The notes under the pieces: model-generated | Seen by the model: only the letters and a program-made list of their open reading frames with translations | Database searches by the model: none | Told to the model about the DNA's origin: nothing | Made by a program: the position numbers and the translations under genes | Shown: piece after piece, positions 37,824-51,781 of the stretch | Position numbering within the stretch: the first letter of the stretch is position 1 | Layout of the letters: the number at the start of each line of letters is the position of its first letter | Source of the DNA: Harriotta raleighana | Taxonomy: Eukaryota | NCBI GenBank assembly: GCA_050575255.1 | Contig: JBNZDD010013632.1 | Location: forward strand, 2,302,480 to 2,366,479 | Length of the DNA stretch: 64,000 nt | Reading direction: 5' to 3'

Positions 37824-40800
37824 CTGAAGTGCATGAACAAACGGATCATAAATTAGGTAATCAGAAACAAAGAGAGAACATTTACTCCTCGTCTCAGTAG
37901 ACTAAGCAATTGAGTTTGTGAGCACAGCTGGAAAAAAAACCTTCATACGAGGCACAGAGAACACAAGTTAATATTCAATACAGAACTTTTTTTTAAAGGA
38001 CATTAGTCATTTTATTCTTTGGATTTTATCAGCAGCGACTCCAACTAGTTCTGATGAATTTCTGTATTTAGAGTTATAAATCACAACGTAGGAGCCGAGA
38101 GAAGGCATATCATAAACAGAGGCACAGTCTGGTGATTGAAATTGCAGTGAGTTTTTATTCAATATTGCACAGTTTCAGGTGTAGAGCGGTTATTATCTGT
38201 TTGCTTCTCTACATGTATTTAAGCCAAAGATCTGTAGTCACTTCTATCGTAGGAGCCACATGACATCTAAAATAAACCCATTTCAAAATTGCCAGAAATA
38301 AAATATATATAGATATACACACTTCCATGGAAAGTGTTTTAAACCCCACGTTCATTTTACATAAAATCTGAAATCAATTTTTAAAACAGTGTTTGATGAA
38401 AAGATGGTATAGACAATTAGCATTTATGGATAAGTAAATTATCTGCAAATACACCTAAGCAGTATTTAATACTTTGAGAAGCTTACTTCACTATTTTTTC
38501 ATTAACCTTTAAAATGGCAATCTAGAACTAAATTGTGACTTTGTTTCACTCCATCCTCATTACAGAGTTTTCAATTTATGATCATTTATGGGGGGGAAGC
38601 TTATTTAATGGACTGAGAAATCAAATATTTCAGAATTAATAGCAAATCATTCCCACAAGCTGAGACCTTGGGTGTAGATGCCCACTGCTTCTCTTAAGGC
38701 CAATGAATTGGACTAACACAGTCTAAGATTGACAAGATGCTCAGTATTCTGATCACAAAACCCATCCTCCGTATAAACTATTCGATGGCAAATGGTTTAT
38801 ATTAGTCATGTGAAAACTAAAGCAAGGTTAAAGAATAGGGTTACAAACTGACATTTCTGGATTTTATTTCTGGTCATATCCAATGTTTGCCTTTTCTGGA
38901 ATATGTTGGAATAGAAAATATTTTCTTTTTTAACTTATTTAAATATACAACGCATAGTTTAAAGAAATTTACAGCAAAGAATACAAGCAGTTGGTTAATA
39001 AGGAAAAATATCCAAAGGAAAGTTAAAAACCGAGTTGAATGATATTCATTACAATATCCATTACATCTATATGTAATCAGTAACAACATCTAGTTTTAAT
39101 ATTCATAAGGTTATCCATGATTCACCTTTCTATTTATAACTCAGATTCATACATAAACAGGATTAAAACGAATGTGGTTCACAAAGTAAAATAATTTGTT
39201 TAAAATGGTTTGACTCAGAAATTTTGATATTTGCAATCTTCTGTTTCCAATTATTTAAAGTGTTGTTAGAGCAATCTACCCATTCAGGTATTTGAACACA
39301 ATGTGCTCTTGATGCTCAGTGGAGTAGTCATGTTGGAAATTAATATTTTTATTGCATACTAGTGCATCGTATTTAAAATGGGAACACATTAAATTGGTAA
39401 TAGAGAAATCTTAAAATCAATGTGCATGAGATTGCTCATTATGCAGAGAGAGATCTATGGGTAAACAAGCAGGTGGTGTTTTTCATTACAGATTTGAAGA
39501 CTGATTATTTTTGATGATAATATGAATTAAATTTCTTCTCTGTAGAGTTCTGACTATTACATAGGGGAACATTCCTAATAGACAGAGAATGTCTACAGCA
39601 ACACTAATGGCTTTGGTAAATACCTGAGGCAAATGTGCTGTCACCTTGACATCTATAATTCACTGGATACTTGCAGAGAGATACTTGTGGTGGTGTATTA
39701 ATTATAACCTTTTGACCTTAAAGACAATAGGCTATTTTTTCCTTTTGGGATAGGAGTGATGAGGGTGTGGGCAGCGGGGGGGTCTCCTAACCATGTCTCA
39801 AAGGAAAAAGTCAGACTTTGTGGCAGACTTAATGATTGGATTCACTTGGTATTTTATCAGTATTTCCACTGTCATATTCAAAGTATGCAAGTTGGATGAT
39901 AATATGTACTGCTTTGAGTTACTAAAGCTACAACTTCATTTTGTGTGTCTGGAAGAGGGGCGATGACCCTTGAAACTGACCCGTAAATGTGTGATCTCCC
40001 CCAAAATAGATTTTTTAATAGTTTATCTTGTTGAATTCTTACTCCTTTCATTAGCAAACACCAGAGTATCTTGCACATCGGAACTGAGCCTGATATCACT
40101 CTGAACACACTGATCCCCACAACCAAGCACAGCAGTCTTTGCCAATCCTGTGGCCTAACAATGGTACAAAATATCTATTTGATGCTGACCTCGTACATGC
40201 TGGAAATCTAGCTTGCGTCACTACAAAAACATTTCTTAAAAAAGTTTTCAAAAGCACTGATCACTTTTCAAGATTACCCGAACACAAAGGAACTCAGCCA
40301 CATGCATTTCCTAATTTGTAAATGATTCAGTAAAGGAACGGGTGGGGTGGGGGAACTATTTGTACAAGAAGCTGATATCAGTTATCCACTTCATGGCTCT
40401 TTGCAGAATATTGCTGTGCACAATTGGCTGCCACCTACCCACCTCCACCACACACACAGGTAATGGATATATAGTTAGTTTGAAGAATCAATCCTCACTG
40501 ATGAATCTCACTGTTTCCAGTTACAAGCCAATTTGGAACTGTAAATCCAGATTATTAACTCTGTGGTCCTATTTGGTAAGATTACATTGGTAAGGGAAAT
40601 CCCATTGTAAGCACTTTATAAACCAGCAAAAACATGTATCCTTCATGGTAAGATAAGACTTGTAACTCTGGAACTGTCAATGTCTTATTTAAGATGTCAG
40701 GATGACCGCACAGTGTAAGGGCTTGGATTCAGCAGGACCAAAGATGGTAACGTTGGAGGAGCTGGACTGTGTTCCAAGCTCAACAACAACAAAATTACAT

Positions 40801-43149
40801 TTATAGAGCTCAGAATCTATTAGGTGAAGGATGACTTCTATGTACTAATGCTTTCACTGAACAGCAAAGCACTTTGCCTAGAAATGTCCAGAAATTATAG
40901 CATTCAAAAATACATTTCATTGAATTTCATTACACCCAAAAATGACAGTTAAAAGTCAGATGAATCACAACACTATAATTCTATCATGTTGCCTCTGTGA
41001 AATGAAATACAGAAACATAATGGGACTTTGTTCATTTCTGAAATATAGAAAGTAGATGTATGTTTCTTTATTACTTTTAATAACATTTTTATGGGTATGG
41101 AATGGCATTTTAATGTTTAGATTGTGTTTTGTCTGTTACATAGACCTTGGCAATACAAATCTCTTAAAGTTTTATGGATTTAAGCCATAAATGTTAGTTT
41201 TCCTGGGACATATAAAAAAATGAAAATAGATTGTGGCTTGCAAACAAAGCCCCTCAGGCAAAATTATGTTGATCCCACTTTGTTTTGTGTTTGTGCAGAA
41301 ATTTCAACTAACATCTTCTTGCCTGGAGGGCTTCCGGTGTAATTTTTTCCCTTCATTTCTGAGATGGGCTCCAGTCTACTTCTAATTGAAGTATTTTACA
41401 TTAAACTGAACCAACAACACAATTGGGGAACAAAATGCAATATTCCAAATGAAATTATCACATCAAAGCTGTTATAAAAGGCTGCATTTTTCACTCCCAA
41501 CATTCCATCATGTGTTGTTCCTAAATGGTTCCTAAATATCTAAATAATGATCAAAAGTAAATTATGCATAAGTTTAAACGATTAAACCCTTGAAATTCAA
41601 TCTTCGGTTTTATTGGAATACCAATTTATTATATCGCAATCATAATCCAATAGTTTCATACATTTTCTTTTCAGTTTAGTTTGAGGTGCAGTTGAATTCG
41701 TGACTGTGCCCATCTCTCTCAATAGTTGTGTGATAATGTGGTAAAATGCCATTGCTTAAGATTAGATCTGAATTGAGTGCAGTTTATCAAATGAAAAGTT
41801 ATGTCCTCAGAGGAAATTGTATGGAACCAGTGGAATTAGTTTATGCAGCGATGTGCAGTGTGCTAAGAAATTGTCCAATATTAACTGACGTATATCCTTT
41901 AAGTCTGATAACACACAACTTCCTCCCATGGATAAAGAGACTCATTCAGTTAAAGAGCCGGGTGCTGATATTTGTAGACCTTGTGCCCATTGTGTTTTTT
42001 TAAGAAAAGGAAATGATTTGTCTATTATAATTATAATGTGGTAAGTCTCCTCTTTCATGTTTTACTATTGCTGTGTAAGCACGATATCCATTTCCCCAGC
42101 AGATATGCTTTTCAAAATATCAAAACTACAATGATGTTTTCAAAGAGGCTGCTTCCGAAACATTGATCAAATGTGTTTTTTTTTTGCAATTAGGCACTGG
42201 CTGGGCCACTCAATCCATACTTTGATAACACTTTAGATGTTATGCTATACACATTCTTTCATTTCTTTACAGTAATGGGTTTTGTTTTTGTCTCCATTGT
42301 TGGACAGAAGAAAATTAGTGAAGTGGTAATAAAATGAATGCTGTTCTATAGAGAATGGGGAATGGGGGGAGGAGAGAAGAGAATAGGGCAGTAGTGAGTC
42401 TTTATTATTGTCATCATTATTGTGATTGCCAACTGGAACGCAACTATTTCAAACAGTCTTTCAGTGACACTACTGTCTTCTCCAGAAGCCTAACCTGCCA
42501 CATTATCGTACCATGATGCCACTTGGGTGATTAATATAGCTCATATTCCAAGCAAGTACCAAGGCCTGCTAACAAATTGCATGTGTTTGTCATATTTCTT
42601 CTGAGCAATGCCATCTGCCAGAAGTGGCATTTTCATGGCTCTTCACCCTGACTCCTGCCAAGGAATCATCTGGCAGTGCCTAATGCTGCACAAAAAAGGG
42701 ATTAAGGATGAAATGCAACAGAGAATATTGATAATTTTCTGTAACTGGTAAAGAATGAAGATGAATGAGGAAGCAAAAGCAATTAGTTCACCAGGCTTTA
42801 CAGCTGTGCTCTCGGACTGGCTCCCCTGGCCTTATCCAGCCAACATACAGCACTCTATGTGCAGCATTCAATACTGTAATATAATGCATTGCTCTCAAAA
42901 TGTTCACATTCAGTACTTTTCAAATCCATAGAAACCCGGAAGTTGATATTGTACTGTGAAAAGTCATTTTCCTTTGACTTGATGTTGATCTGTTTATGGC
43001 AGCTTGAATAGAAAGAAAATATTTTTACTTCACCCCATTGTTGTGATTTTCAATATTTAAGGTCAACTTATAGCAGTACTTGCCTTGCTTTCAAAATAAC
43101 ATTTTTAGGGAAAAAACGTGCTAAACAGCAGTATTAGCTTCAGATTCAA

Positions 43150-43386
43150 GAGAGAGAGAGGTGAATATCTACCAGAGTTCCTGGTCCTATTTGCTATTGA
43201 ATGCCTGCACCCCCTTCTCCAACTCTACATATGTAGACTGATATCAGCTGAAGATGAGTTTGTACTGTCTAATAACCTGTTAAGGCTCACTGGACTGATT
43301 GTGAGGTATGCAGAGAGTTATTTATGCCCATGAAACCATATCCCAATAGAAAATAGTTCTTCCAGGAGGAGGGAGTAGGAAAGGAA
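43150..43386 (+). mobile_element. Ancient decayed SINE family copy (3' half)
   Basis: ccagagttcctggtcct, aggctcac, gaggta..agag, gcccatgaaaccata are colinear with the other copies. Confidence 0.45.
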
Positions 43387-43429
43387 ACAACATTCCTTTC
43401 CTACTCCCTCCTCCTGGAAGAACTATTTT
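43350..43429. repeat. Perfect inverted repeat, 37-bp arms, 6-nt loop
   Basis: aaaatagttcttccaggaggagggagtaggaaaggaa (43350-43386), loop acaaca, exact reverse complement (43393-43429). Confidence 0.98.
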
Positions 43430-44959
43430 GAATATTAGCCAGTCAGGAATGTCTACAAATTGTCACTAACCATGACAGTAGCTAACTGGGCAGCACATTG
43501 TTTCACTGTGATAAGTGCCTATATGCAGCATTAAAAAATCTTTCTAGCCCATCTTTTACATTATTATTATAATTATTAGATGATACATCAGTACAAGAAC
43601 AAACCTCAACATTTTCAGAACCTTCTGGTATGATTGGCTTAGATGAGCAGCTAAAAGTCAATCAATATTCTTCAAGGCCTGTTCTTCCAAGGCCCATGAA
43701 GTACAGTATTTTGAATTTGACAAAACTAAAACAAAATCTCCTTCGGGGAATGTTAATGGGCATTGTGTAAATCTAAAAAAAAACATTCCTTTTCTGCCCA
43801 GCTCAGTATTAGAGTGTATTGTGCAAGCATTTTATCCACTCTGCCCTACAGAGATCTGAGCATTCATGTTTTCCTCTGATGTTGCTTCAATATATCATAT
43901 GATGGGAATAACTCCTCAAAGTCTAACAATCTAAAGAGCGTGACTGAGATTTGTTTGTGAAATCAAAAGATTCTGAGTTTACTTAGAAGCCTTCATCCAT
44001 TACTGTACTGACCTTTCTTTCCAGAAGCGAAGTGAGGGAATGTTTAATGTCTGCTTTGTGGTGGAATTAAAGGGTTTTCTTCGAATTTCAAATGAAAAGA
44101 ATATTTTAGTAGCAGAGTCCTCAGATCTGCACTAAAACTGTTTCCTGTCAGTTAAGGGGACTCGTTGACTTGAAAAAGCATTTGTCAAACACAAAAAGGA
44201 GGTGAATCATGTTGAAATGGATCATTATGTCATTTGAACCTGACATCACTATGATGGACATAACACACAACCCTTTCGACCATTCTCTCTTGCGCTCTCT
44301 TTCTCTCTTCCCTCCCCTTCCCGTGACTACCATCCCCAATGATGATAACATGCATGTATAGCATGCTTGCACAATAACTGTAAAATGTTGTCCTTAAATT
44401 TGCAGTCACACTCTTCTAAATCATCTAATTACTGAGTTTCTGCTATTCGTCAAAAAATGTTCTCATACATTTGCTGAGGAAAAAGAAGCATCTTTATACG
44501 GGTGATAAATGATTCAAGATGGAGAAATGGCACTATTGAACTGTACAAGGTATTCTGAACTTTATTACACCGGTGGTTTGTAAGTCTTTGAGTAGATGTC
44601 AAAGCTTGTATTTTGTAAATTCTGAACAAATAGTTGTTTTGAGAGGCTGGAGCACAGGATATTGGCACTCGCTTGTTCTGTGTATCAAATGATATTTTGT
44701 CTGAACAGCCATTCACTTACCGGCCTATTTTCACCCAATGTCCAATGATGCTAATAGACCACAAATACTACAGTACATCTATTATTTTATTCACAAAAAG
44801 AATGCATTTGAAAGATGTGCAAAAGAGTATCAGAATTTTTAATAATCATATACAATAGAAAATTAGCTTCCACTCCATTGGATCTAAGGAGGGAACAAAT
44901 TCACCATAGATTGCTTTTCAGGTATGTCTGAGGAAATTTGTGTACAAGTGTGTGTGTGA

Positions 44960-45055
44960 ACAGTGTATACTGTAAATGGAATTGACTGCATATTGTGGGC
45001 AAAACACAGCAGCCAATTTTGCATAGCAGGGTCCCACAAATAGTCGTGAATTGAA
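44960..45055 (-). mobile_element. tRNA-SINE body fragment
   Basis: tatactgtaaa..attgactg..cagccaatt..cccacaaa matches 10275-10365. Confidence 0.75.
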
Positions 45056-45659
45056 AATTACTGCACCCTTGCACTTGTTGAGCATCCCGTAGTCTAAGTG
45101 AACTCTTACTATCTTCACGGGTATTTATGCAGTGGCAATAACTATTCAACAAAGTACCTGGTACCTTTGTATTCCATGACTACTAAAACCTTCACCGACT
45201 ATAATTTTAAAATGTAAATGTTATTAAATGGTATGGGGAAAATTATTTTCAAATTTTTCATTTTAAATTTGCTAATGAACAGGTAGTGAACAGTAAACCA
45301 GTTATGATTCACTATGCAGTAATACCTCTCCTCCATCAAATATAAATTCTAATCTGCTAATGGCCCTCTTACAAATGGGACAGCATTATTTCTGTGGAGC
45401 TGATGTGAAGCAGTTGATGCTTTTCCATTGCTTTTAGGCACATACAAACGTGGAGATTGTGAGGTCATGATACATTCTTCAGGCATTAAATCTAGAGTGA
45501 GCTAGGAGGTGCCAAGTGGCCTTATTTAGGATTTTGATTGCAGTGGGATTTGTCTGCCAGAAAAGACAATGCCACTAACGCAGGTAGTATAGTCAGTCAG
45601 TCACAGCACCCCAGGGTGGCTGGTGTTTCATTATTTTTGTAATTTACTAATTAAAGTTT

Positions 45660-45985
45660 CAGAAATGGCTCTTAGCCAGTTGCCCAGTGTAGAATGGAGT
45701 TGGTTGATCTCAGAAAAGGGAAATATAGGGATACTACAACTAATCTCCTGTGTAAGTGAAATGGGTGGTGGTGGTAAAAGTGGGGGGTGGGAAACACAGT
45801 GGTGTCTCACTGATTGCTGTCCAGTCACCTCTGCAGGAAAGTGTTGGGTGAGAACAGACAGGGGCTCAGCTGTGATGCCTTCCCCAGTGAAATACTCTAT
45901 CTGCATTCACACTTGGGGAGAGGTCACTTTGGCATGGTACCCCAAGAGAGGGTCCAAACTTTGAGAAGAGGAGATCGCAGATGAA
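45660..45985 (+). mobile_element. Ancient decayed SINE family copy
   Basis: gagttggttgatctcag, ctgattgctgtccagt..ctgcaggaaagtg, gggctcagctgtgatgcc shared with other copies. Confidence 0.6.
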
Positions 45986-48900
45986 AATGAAGTTCCATTA
46001 TTAATGTAGCTTCCAAATGATTCCGTAAATATTTGCTTTGTTTAATCATAGTCAAACCTAGCTCTGAGGTGTTAACATTGTATGAATACCACATTTTTCC
46101 ACAAAGAACAGATGTATTGGAGTGGGGTCCAATTGAAAGTGTTTGGGGATTTTAGAAATGATTGAACCCGATTTGGATTCTCTGTGTAGAATCCTCACCA
46201 TATAGATAGCAAACAAAAAATGTCCTTAACTGAAATAACACTGAATTTCTCACAAAACAATTCTTAGAATATTTCTCTGAGGACAACTACATGACCGCCT
46301 GAGCCAAACCCTGTCACGTCAGGAACTTGGCACAGTGAGAGTGTATTCTGATTTAAAGTGACCCATATTTGAAAGAGTACACTGCAACACAATCGATCAC
46401 ATCAATCTATCAGGTTACAGAAAGAAACTCTTGAATTCCAAGTACCTAGTGAAAATTAAATTCCTGCAAATCCTGCAGTAAAATAGCCTGTAATAATTGC
46501 CCAAGTCACTTTGATCATTCATAACACAAAACCAGCCTTGAAAATGCTCATTTCCCCTTTGATATAGAATGTTTATGGATATTTTCTGCATGTCTGATCA
46601 AAGAGCCAGATTGAACTATGTTTCCTTGTGTTCTTAATCAATCTGAAATTTATGAGCGGCTGAAATATGTGTGACATACATAAGCAATTATAGTCTGATG
46701 TACAGTTTCATGATCAAATGAAGGGATCTGTTGTGTTAATGGTTATGCTGCAATTTTTCCTTTAAATGGAAGGATTATATGGAAAAGCAACAGCGCAAAG
46801 AATTACAGAAATACTGTTAACACATCTTGTTCTACCCTCTGGGCTAGTACAGAACAATGGAAAAACAAAATAACTCTACAAATTGGACAGCAGTGCCAGT
46901 ACTGTTCTGATGCTTTTGTTTTACAGACCATTTGGTGTTGGGAATTTCTGGATAGCAAGCCAAAGTTTGCAAACTGAGGGGACAGTGTGGGGTAATGAAT
47001 TTACAGAAATGAATTTCTGTAACAGAAATGGAACTCCCTGCTATAAATACTCTTTTTTTCAGTTGTTGCAACAGTTGATTTTTGACATATTGAAGGGCGC
47101 AGTGTTTCAAAGAAAATGTTTACATAAAGGTCGCAATTTCAAGTTCTTTAAACATCTCTGAATCATGAAAGTGTTAGACATGTATGTCCTTCAGCTTCTT
47201 TGGTTTGGCTAAAGGCTTAGACTGTTCAAAACTGTTTGAAGCCTTTAGCGGCCGTACTCCCTTTTCCATATGATGAACTACTGTACAGTGGTGCCTTTGA
47301 AGGAGAATATTCTTGTCTCCTTACAGCAGTCCTTTCTAAGATGACATCGCTGATTGGATCAGCAAGAAGGGCAACAACAACAACAGAAATCACTGTTACC
47401 AGGACTATGCACCAATCCAAAAAAAAGTCACTTTTCTAACCCATATTAGCCTTCACTGTGCGAGGTGCAGCCAGTACAGGAAAACTTACGGTTAGTTCTC
47501 AATCTATATAGAGGGACTGTAACTTGGTACTTGCCCTCCACACCATTCTTCTCCTGTTTGTTGACCCATTTCTTAAAAGTTTTCCTCAAAGTGAACTGAA
47601 AATCCTGCTTTACAGATGTGTAAGGAAATGGTTTCTTAAGGAATACCATTCCCAGTCTCGCAGTGCAAATTTGATTGGTTCAAAACACCCTGGACTTTCT
47701 TCCCTGTGTCCTCCTTGGAACTCTGAGCAAACTCTGCATTTTAAGGGTATGAAGGGACCAGTCACACACAGATGCATATGAGCCCAAACGCATTTTCAGT
47801 ATTTCCTGTATATAGCATGGAAAGAGCTCTGGGACATTATCCTGTGTGAAAGATGCTGTTAAAATGCAATTTGTTGTTAGTGACGGGCAAAACCGGAACA
47901 CTTTTGTCCGAATCCAAAGCAATGCAAATCGGGGGATGTTTAAATAAACTTCCTGCTCTACTTTACTCTATTGGCTGGGAGTAAAGCTTCTTTACTCTGG
48001 GGAGAAAAAGGGCAGCATGAGATTATTTCCCACGTGTAAATAAAATGACGGTCCATTGAGGGCAGATGTAGCACCTTTTACATCACCACACAATTCTACA
48101 CTCTGTTTCCACACAGATGGATCCTATCTGCACATGAGTGGTTCAAGTACCATTAATAGGATAGTGCAGGGGCAGATGCTTTGGGGAAATTTGGGTGGGG
48201 GGGAATCAGCCTTAAGTCCTGCTACAGGATTGCACTGCATCTGGATGCTGTGATATGTCTAAATGTTCATCATCTCTGCTGAAAACCATCCTTTTTGTAC
48301 ATTTCTAGTCTTTTTTTTAATGTGTCTAAATTTCCAACATTCGAGGTCAGGGTCTTAAGGTATGTAATGCATCTGATTCACCCAAAAATTGTGTTGTACT
48401 TTTGAGATAATCTGTCTCTGATTTGCTGGTGAACCTGTTGGGGAAGATCTGTTGGGGATCTGTGAATCTAAGCACCCCAATTCTGAGTTCCTGCTCATAT
48501 AATGGCTTGTGTGAAATTCTACCTTTTGAATCAAATTTGAAGGAGGAAAAAAAGCTTTTACTGGACAGGTCACCACCCTCCTGCATGACTGACAACCATA
48601 ACAAATGAATGCTTTAGTCTATCGACTCTGCCAGACAGACTTTGGTACAGTGTGTTTAAATGTTCTCAGCACCCACCAGTCCATCACCAATAGAAAAGCT
48701 GCAAAATCGTAGTACTTAATTTCCCACTTATAACCCAAATCTTTAAATTAATATCCCAACCCATTGTCACTTATCAAACCAATATGGTTTTAAAATTATC
48801 TGTGTGTGTATATATATATTTTAAAAAAACTATTGTATAAAAATCTTATAGATTTGCCATATCTAAGAAAACCTACATGATTTATTTATTTAATTCCAGT

Positions 48901-51781
48901 GAAAATCTGTAGGATAAATGTTCAAACAATAATACATTTTTGTGACACCATCCCAGACTTTGTCATGTTTTCTGAATATCTATGCTTAGATTTTTATTAC
49001 AGGTTTTATGCCTGAAAAGGTTGTTGTGTCCTATGAAATTTGAAAGTGTGATATTTTGAAGGAATCCCAAATCCTATTGGGCATTTTAAATATGAAAACA
49101 TTGAAATGAATTTCTGAGTTGACTGGTCAACATTTGCACCACCACATTAGTTGACAGAAAATCTAATTTTTCTGAATTCATTTACTTTTATCTTTTGGCA
49201 CAGAAACTTTGTATATTTCTGTGACAATTCCTAACATTGTTGCCAAGGCAGCCAAATTAGATTTTTTTAAAAACATCGGACTCCTGTTTGCAGGCCCTGC
49301 TTTAACACCACTCATTTTATTAGAAGAGCATCATCTGTTGTAAGTTACATACAATTCCCACATCTAATTACAACCAGGATTTCAGGGTCATTAAACAAAA
49401 TACATTTGCATCAGCAAGACTAGAAATTGAGACTAAAATCACAGAACTCGAGTCACCGAACCTGCCACAGCTTTCTTCCCTTTCTATTGCAACACTTCCT
49501 CCTTGACCTTTTCTTGTCTATTGCTTCCTTAACTTTTTGAGCTAAACCTCTCTAATGGCATGAAACTGTATCTTGCAAGAATTCGATTGAACACAGAACG
49601 TATCAAAATATGGCTTGGTACGTGACAATCTTATTGAACCAAGTCTGATTAGAATCTTTGCCTAATAAACGCACACAGTAAATCACGGGGTGAAGATTAG
49701 ATTGGAAAAGTTGCTTTGCCCTTACTTTTTCAGTACTTTTACTGAATGTCTGAAATTTGTAGATACCAATTTTGTTTGCTCGGTCTTTCAGTTTAGCACT
49801 TTTGTTGGCAAAAGGAGGATACTTTGACCAAAAGAGTGGTCCTTTGAAAGGGGTTTATTATTTTTATTTTTATTTTTTTCTATTGCAAGCAGAGGTCAGA
49901 CCATGAGTAATTTGTGCCTGAAAGATGAAAAGTATTTTGGGGCTGTGGAATGTGATGCTGATTAAATTGAATACTACTCGACCAATTTTCAATTAGGGAT
50001 ACGAGTTGTTCCTCCAACATATGAATTTTACTATTATACATCAGAAACACAAACTGTGATACAAGTGGAACAAAAAGAATCTTGCAATGAAGTAATTGGT
50101 TAAACACAGTTTGAAGTTACTGTATCTTTTTAACCAATCTAATTTTCTTTAGTTCACAATTCATATCAGCAATCTCTATACATGTGGGTCCCTAAATTAT
50201 TTGGAACACAACTAATTACAATAGACTTCAAAATAAATGTAGAATTTCAAAAGGAAGCCCCACATAGTGAGTCAGGATAATGAATATACTAAGTTAGTTT
50301 TGTGAAAAAAACACTCACACAGAGCTTATAAAAGCTCCGTTATTGTGCAATTAAACTAAGAACATGTGGCTTTGTCTGTCAGTAAGATGTGATTCATTGC
50401 AGGTACAAGCCCTAAAAGGTTCTGCTAAGAATTGCATCCCATGCATTATCACTGGCCTAATCTGCATCCACCTTTCTTTGCTGGCTCTGCAATCATGCAT
50501 CCGAGAGGTTCCTGCTTTGTTAAATAATACATGTGATTTTCTTTTAAAATGTCAACCTTTAGTCCCAACCCTGCTGCAGTGTCCTTTGTGATGTTGATTT
50601 TCTCTGACAAGATTCCATTACAATTGACTGCCTTGCAAGTAAACCTGTAGCTCGTAAGCTTTTCACCTTCAATTACTTTCTTTTCTGCTTTGAGGACTGT
50701 GTTCTAATTTCTTGAAGGCTAAGGTTACATTGTGGACAAAAAATTTGAGTGTGAATTGCAGTTAGATTTTATTTGTGCTTTGATAAAGGAACATAAATGT
50801 GAATGGATTATTGCCTATGTGGCATTTTGTGACTCGGAACAGATTGCACAGTGCTAAAGGTTAAAACTGTCAAAGAGCTTATGGTAATTACGTAAAGTGA
50901 AAGACAAATACTTCCTAAACCCAGCCTGAGATTATTAAAAACAGTAGTTTATTGCTACACATTTCATGTATCTAGTGCTCAGAAACTCCCTAATTTCAAA
51001 CTTTATCTGAACTCCCTTCTGTGCAATCAGCCCGCGCTTTTCATATTCTAACAGTACCTCACAGGCTGCATTAGCATCAGCACAATTGCTGTAGCTTTTA
51101 GTCTGCTGTCATCTTGGTCGTGAGATCCTCTGTGTGCAAAGCAACTAAAGTTCAAACTGTCCACCATGTGAATGCAAATAAATGTTTTCAATTTGTGTCC
51201 GAGGTTCACCCCAGCATCGCTTGCAGTCATTTTCAAATGTTATTTTATATCAGATGAAAAATAACAGAATTTTTTTTACACACCCGTTTTGTTGTTTCAC
51301 GCTGGTGGGGAAAAAAAAGGAAATGAGCTTTGCAGCCCAGGAAATGGGCCTTCCTCACACAAAACAAATGTTATTTGGCTGACGTATATATTGGCTCCTA
51401 TCTCTGACAGGATGAGAGCCCAACGTGATTATCACTAACAACGTTTTGATTTTCCTCATTTTCTGCTGCAAATATGCACCCTACCCATGTAAGGAGTGCA
51501 ACATAAATGCAAGTTATTGATACTTGAACGAGCGTGGAAAAGTTACAAAGCAGCATGACATGAAAGAGTTAGAATTAGTAGTGATACACTTGTTCACCAA
51601 CAACAGTGGTGATACACTTATTCACACTATTCACACTACCCTGACCCATTCACTGGAGTTACAAATCGAGGTTTAACACAATTAAAATAGTATGTGGTAC
51701 GAATGGACATCTAAGAAGCTGGAAGAAAATGTATCATCAGGAGTATGGCTCCTTACCTGATTATACAATGGTATTAATGAT

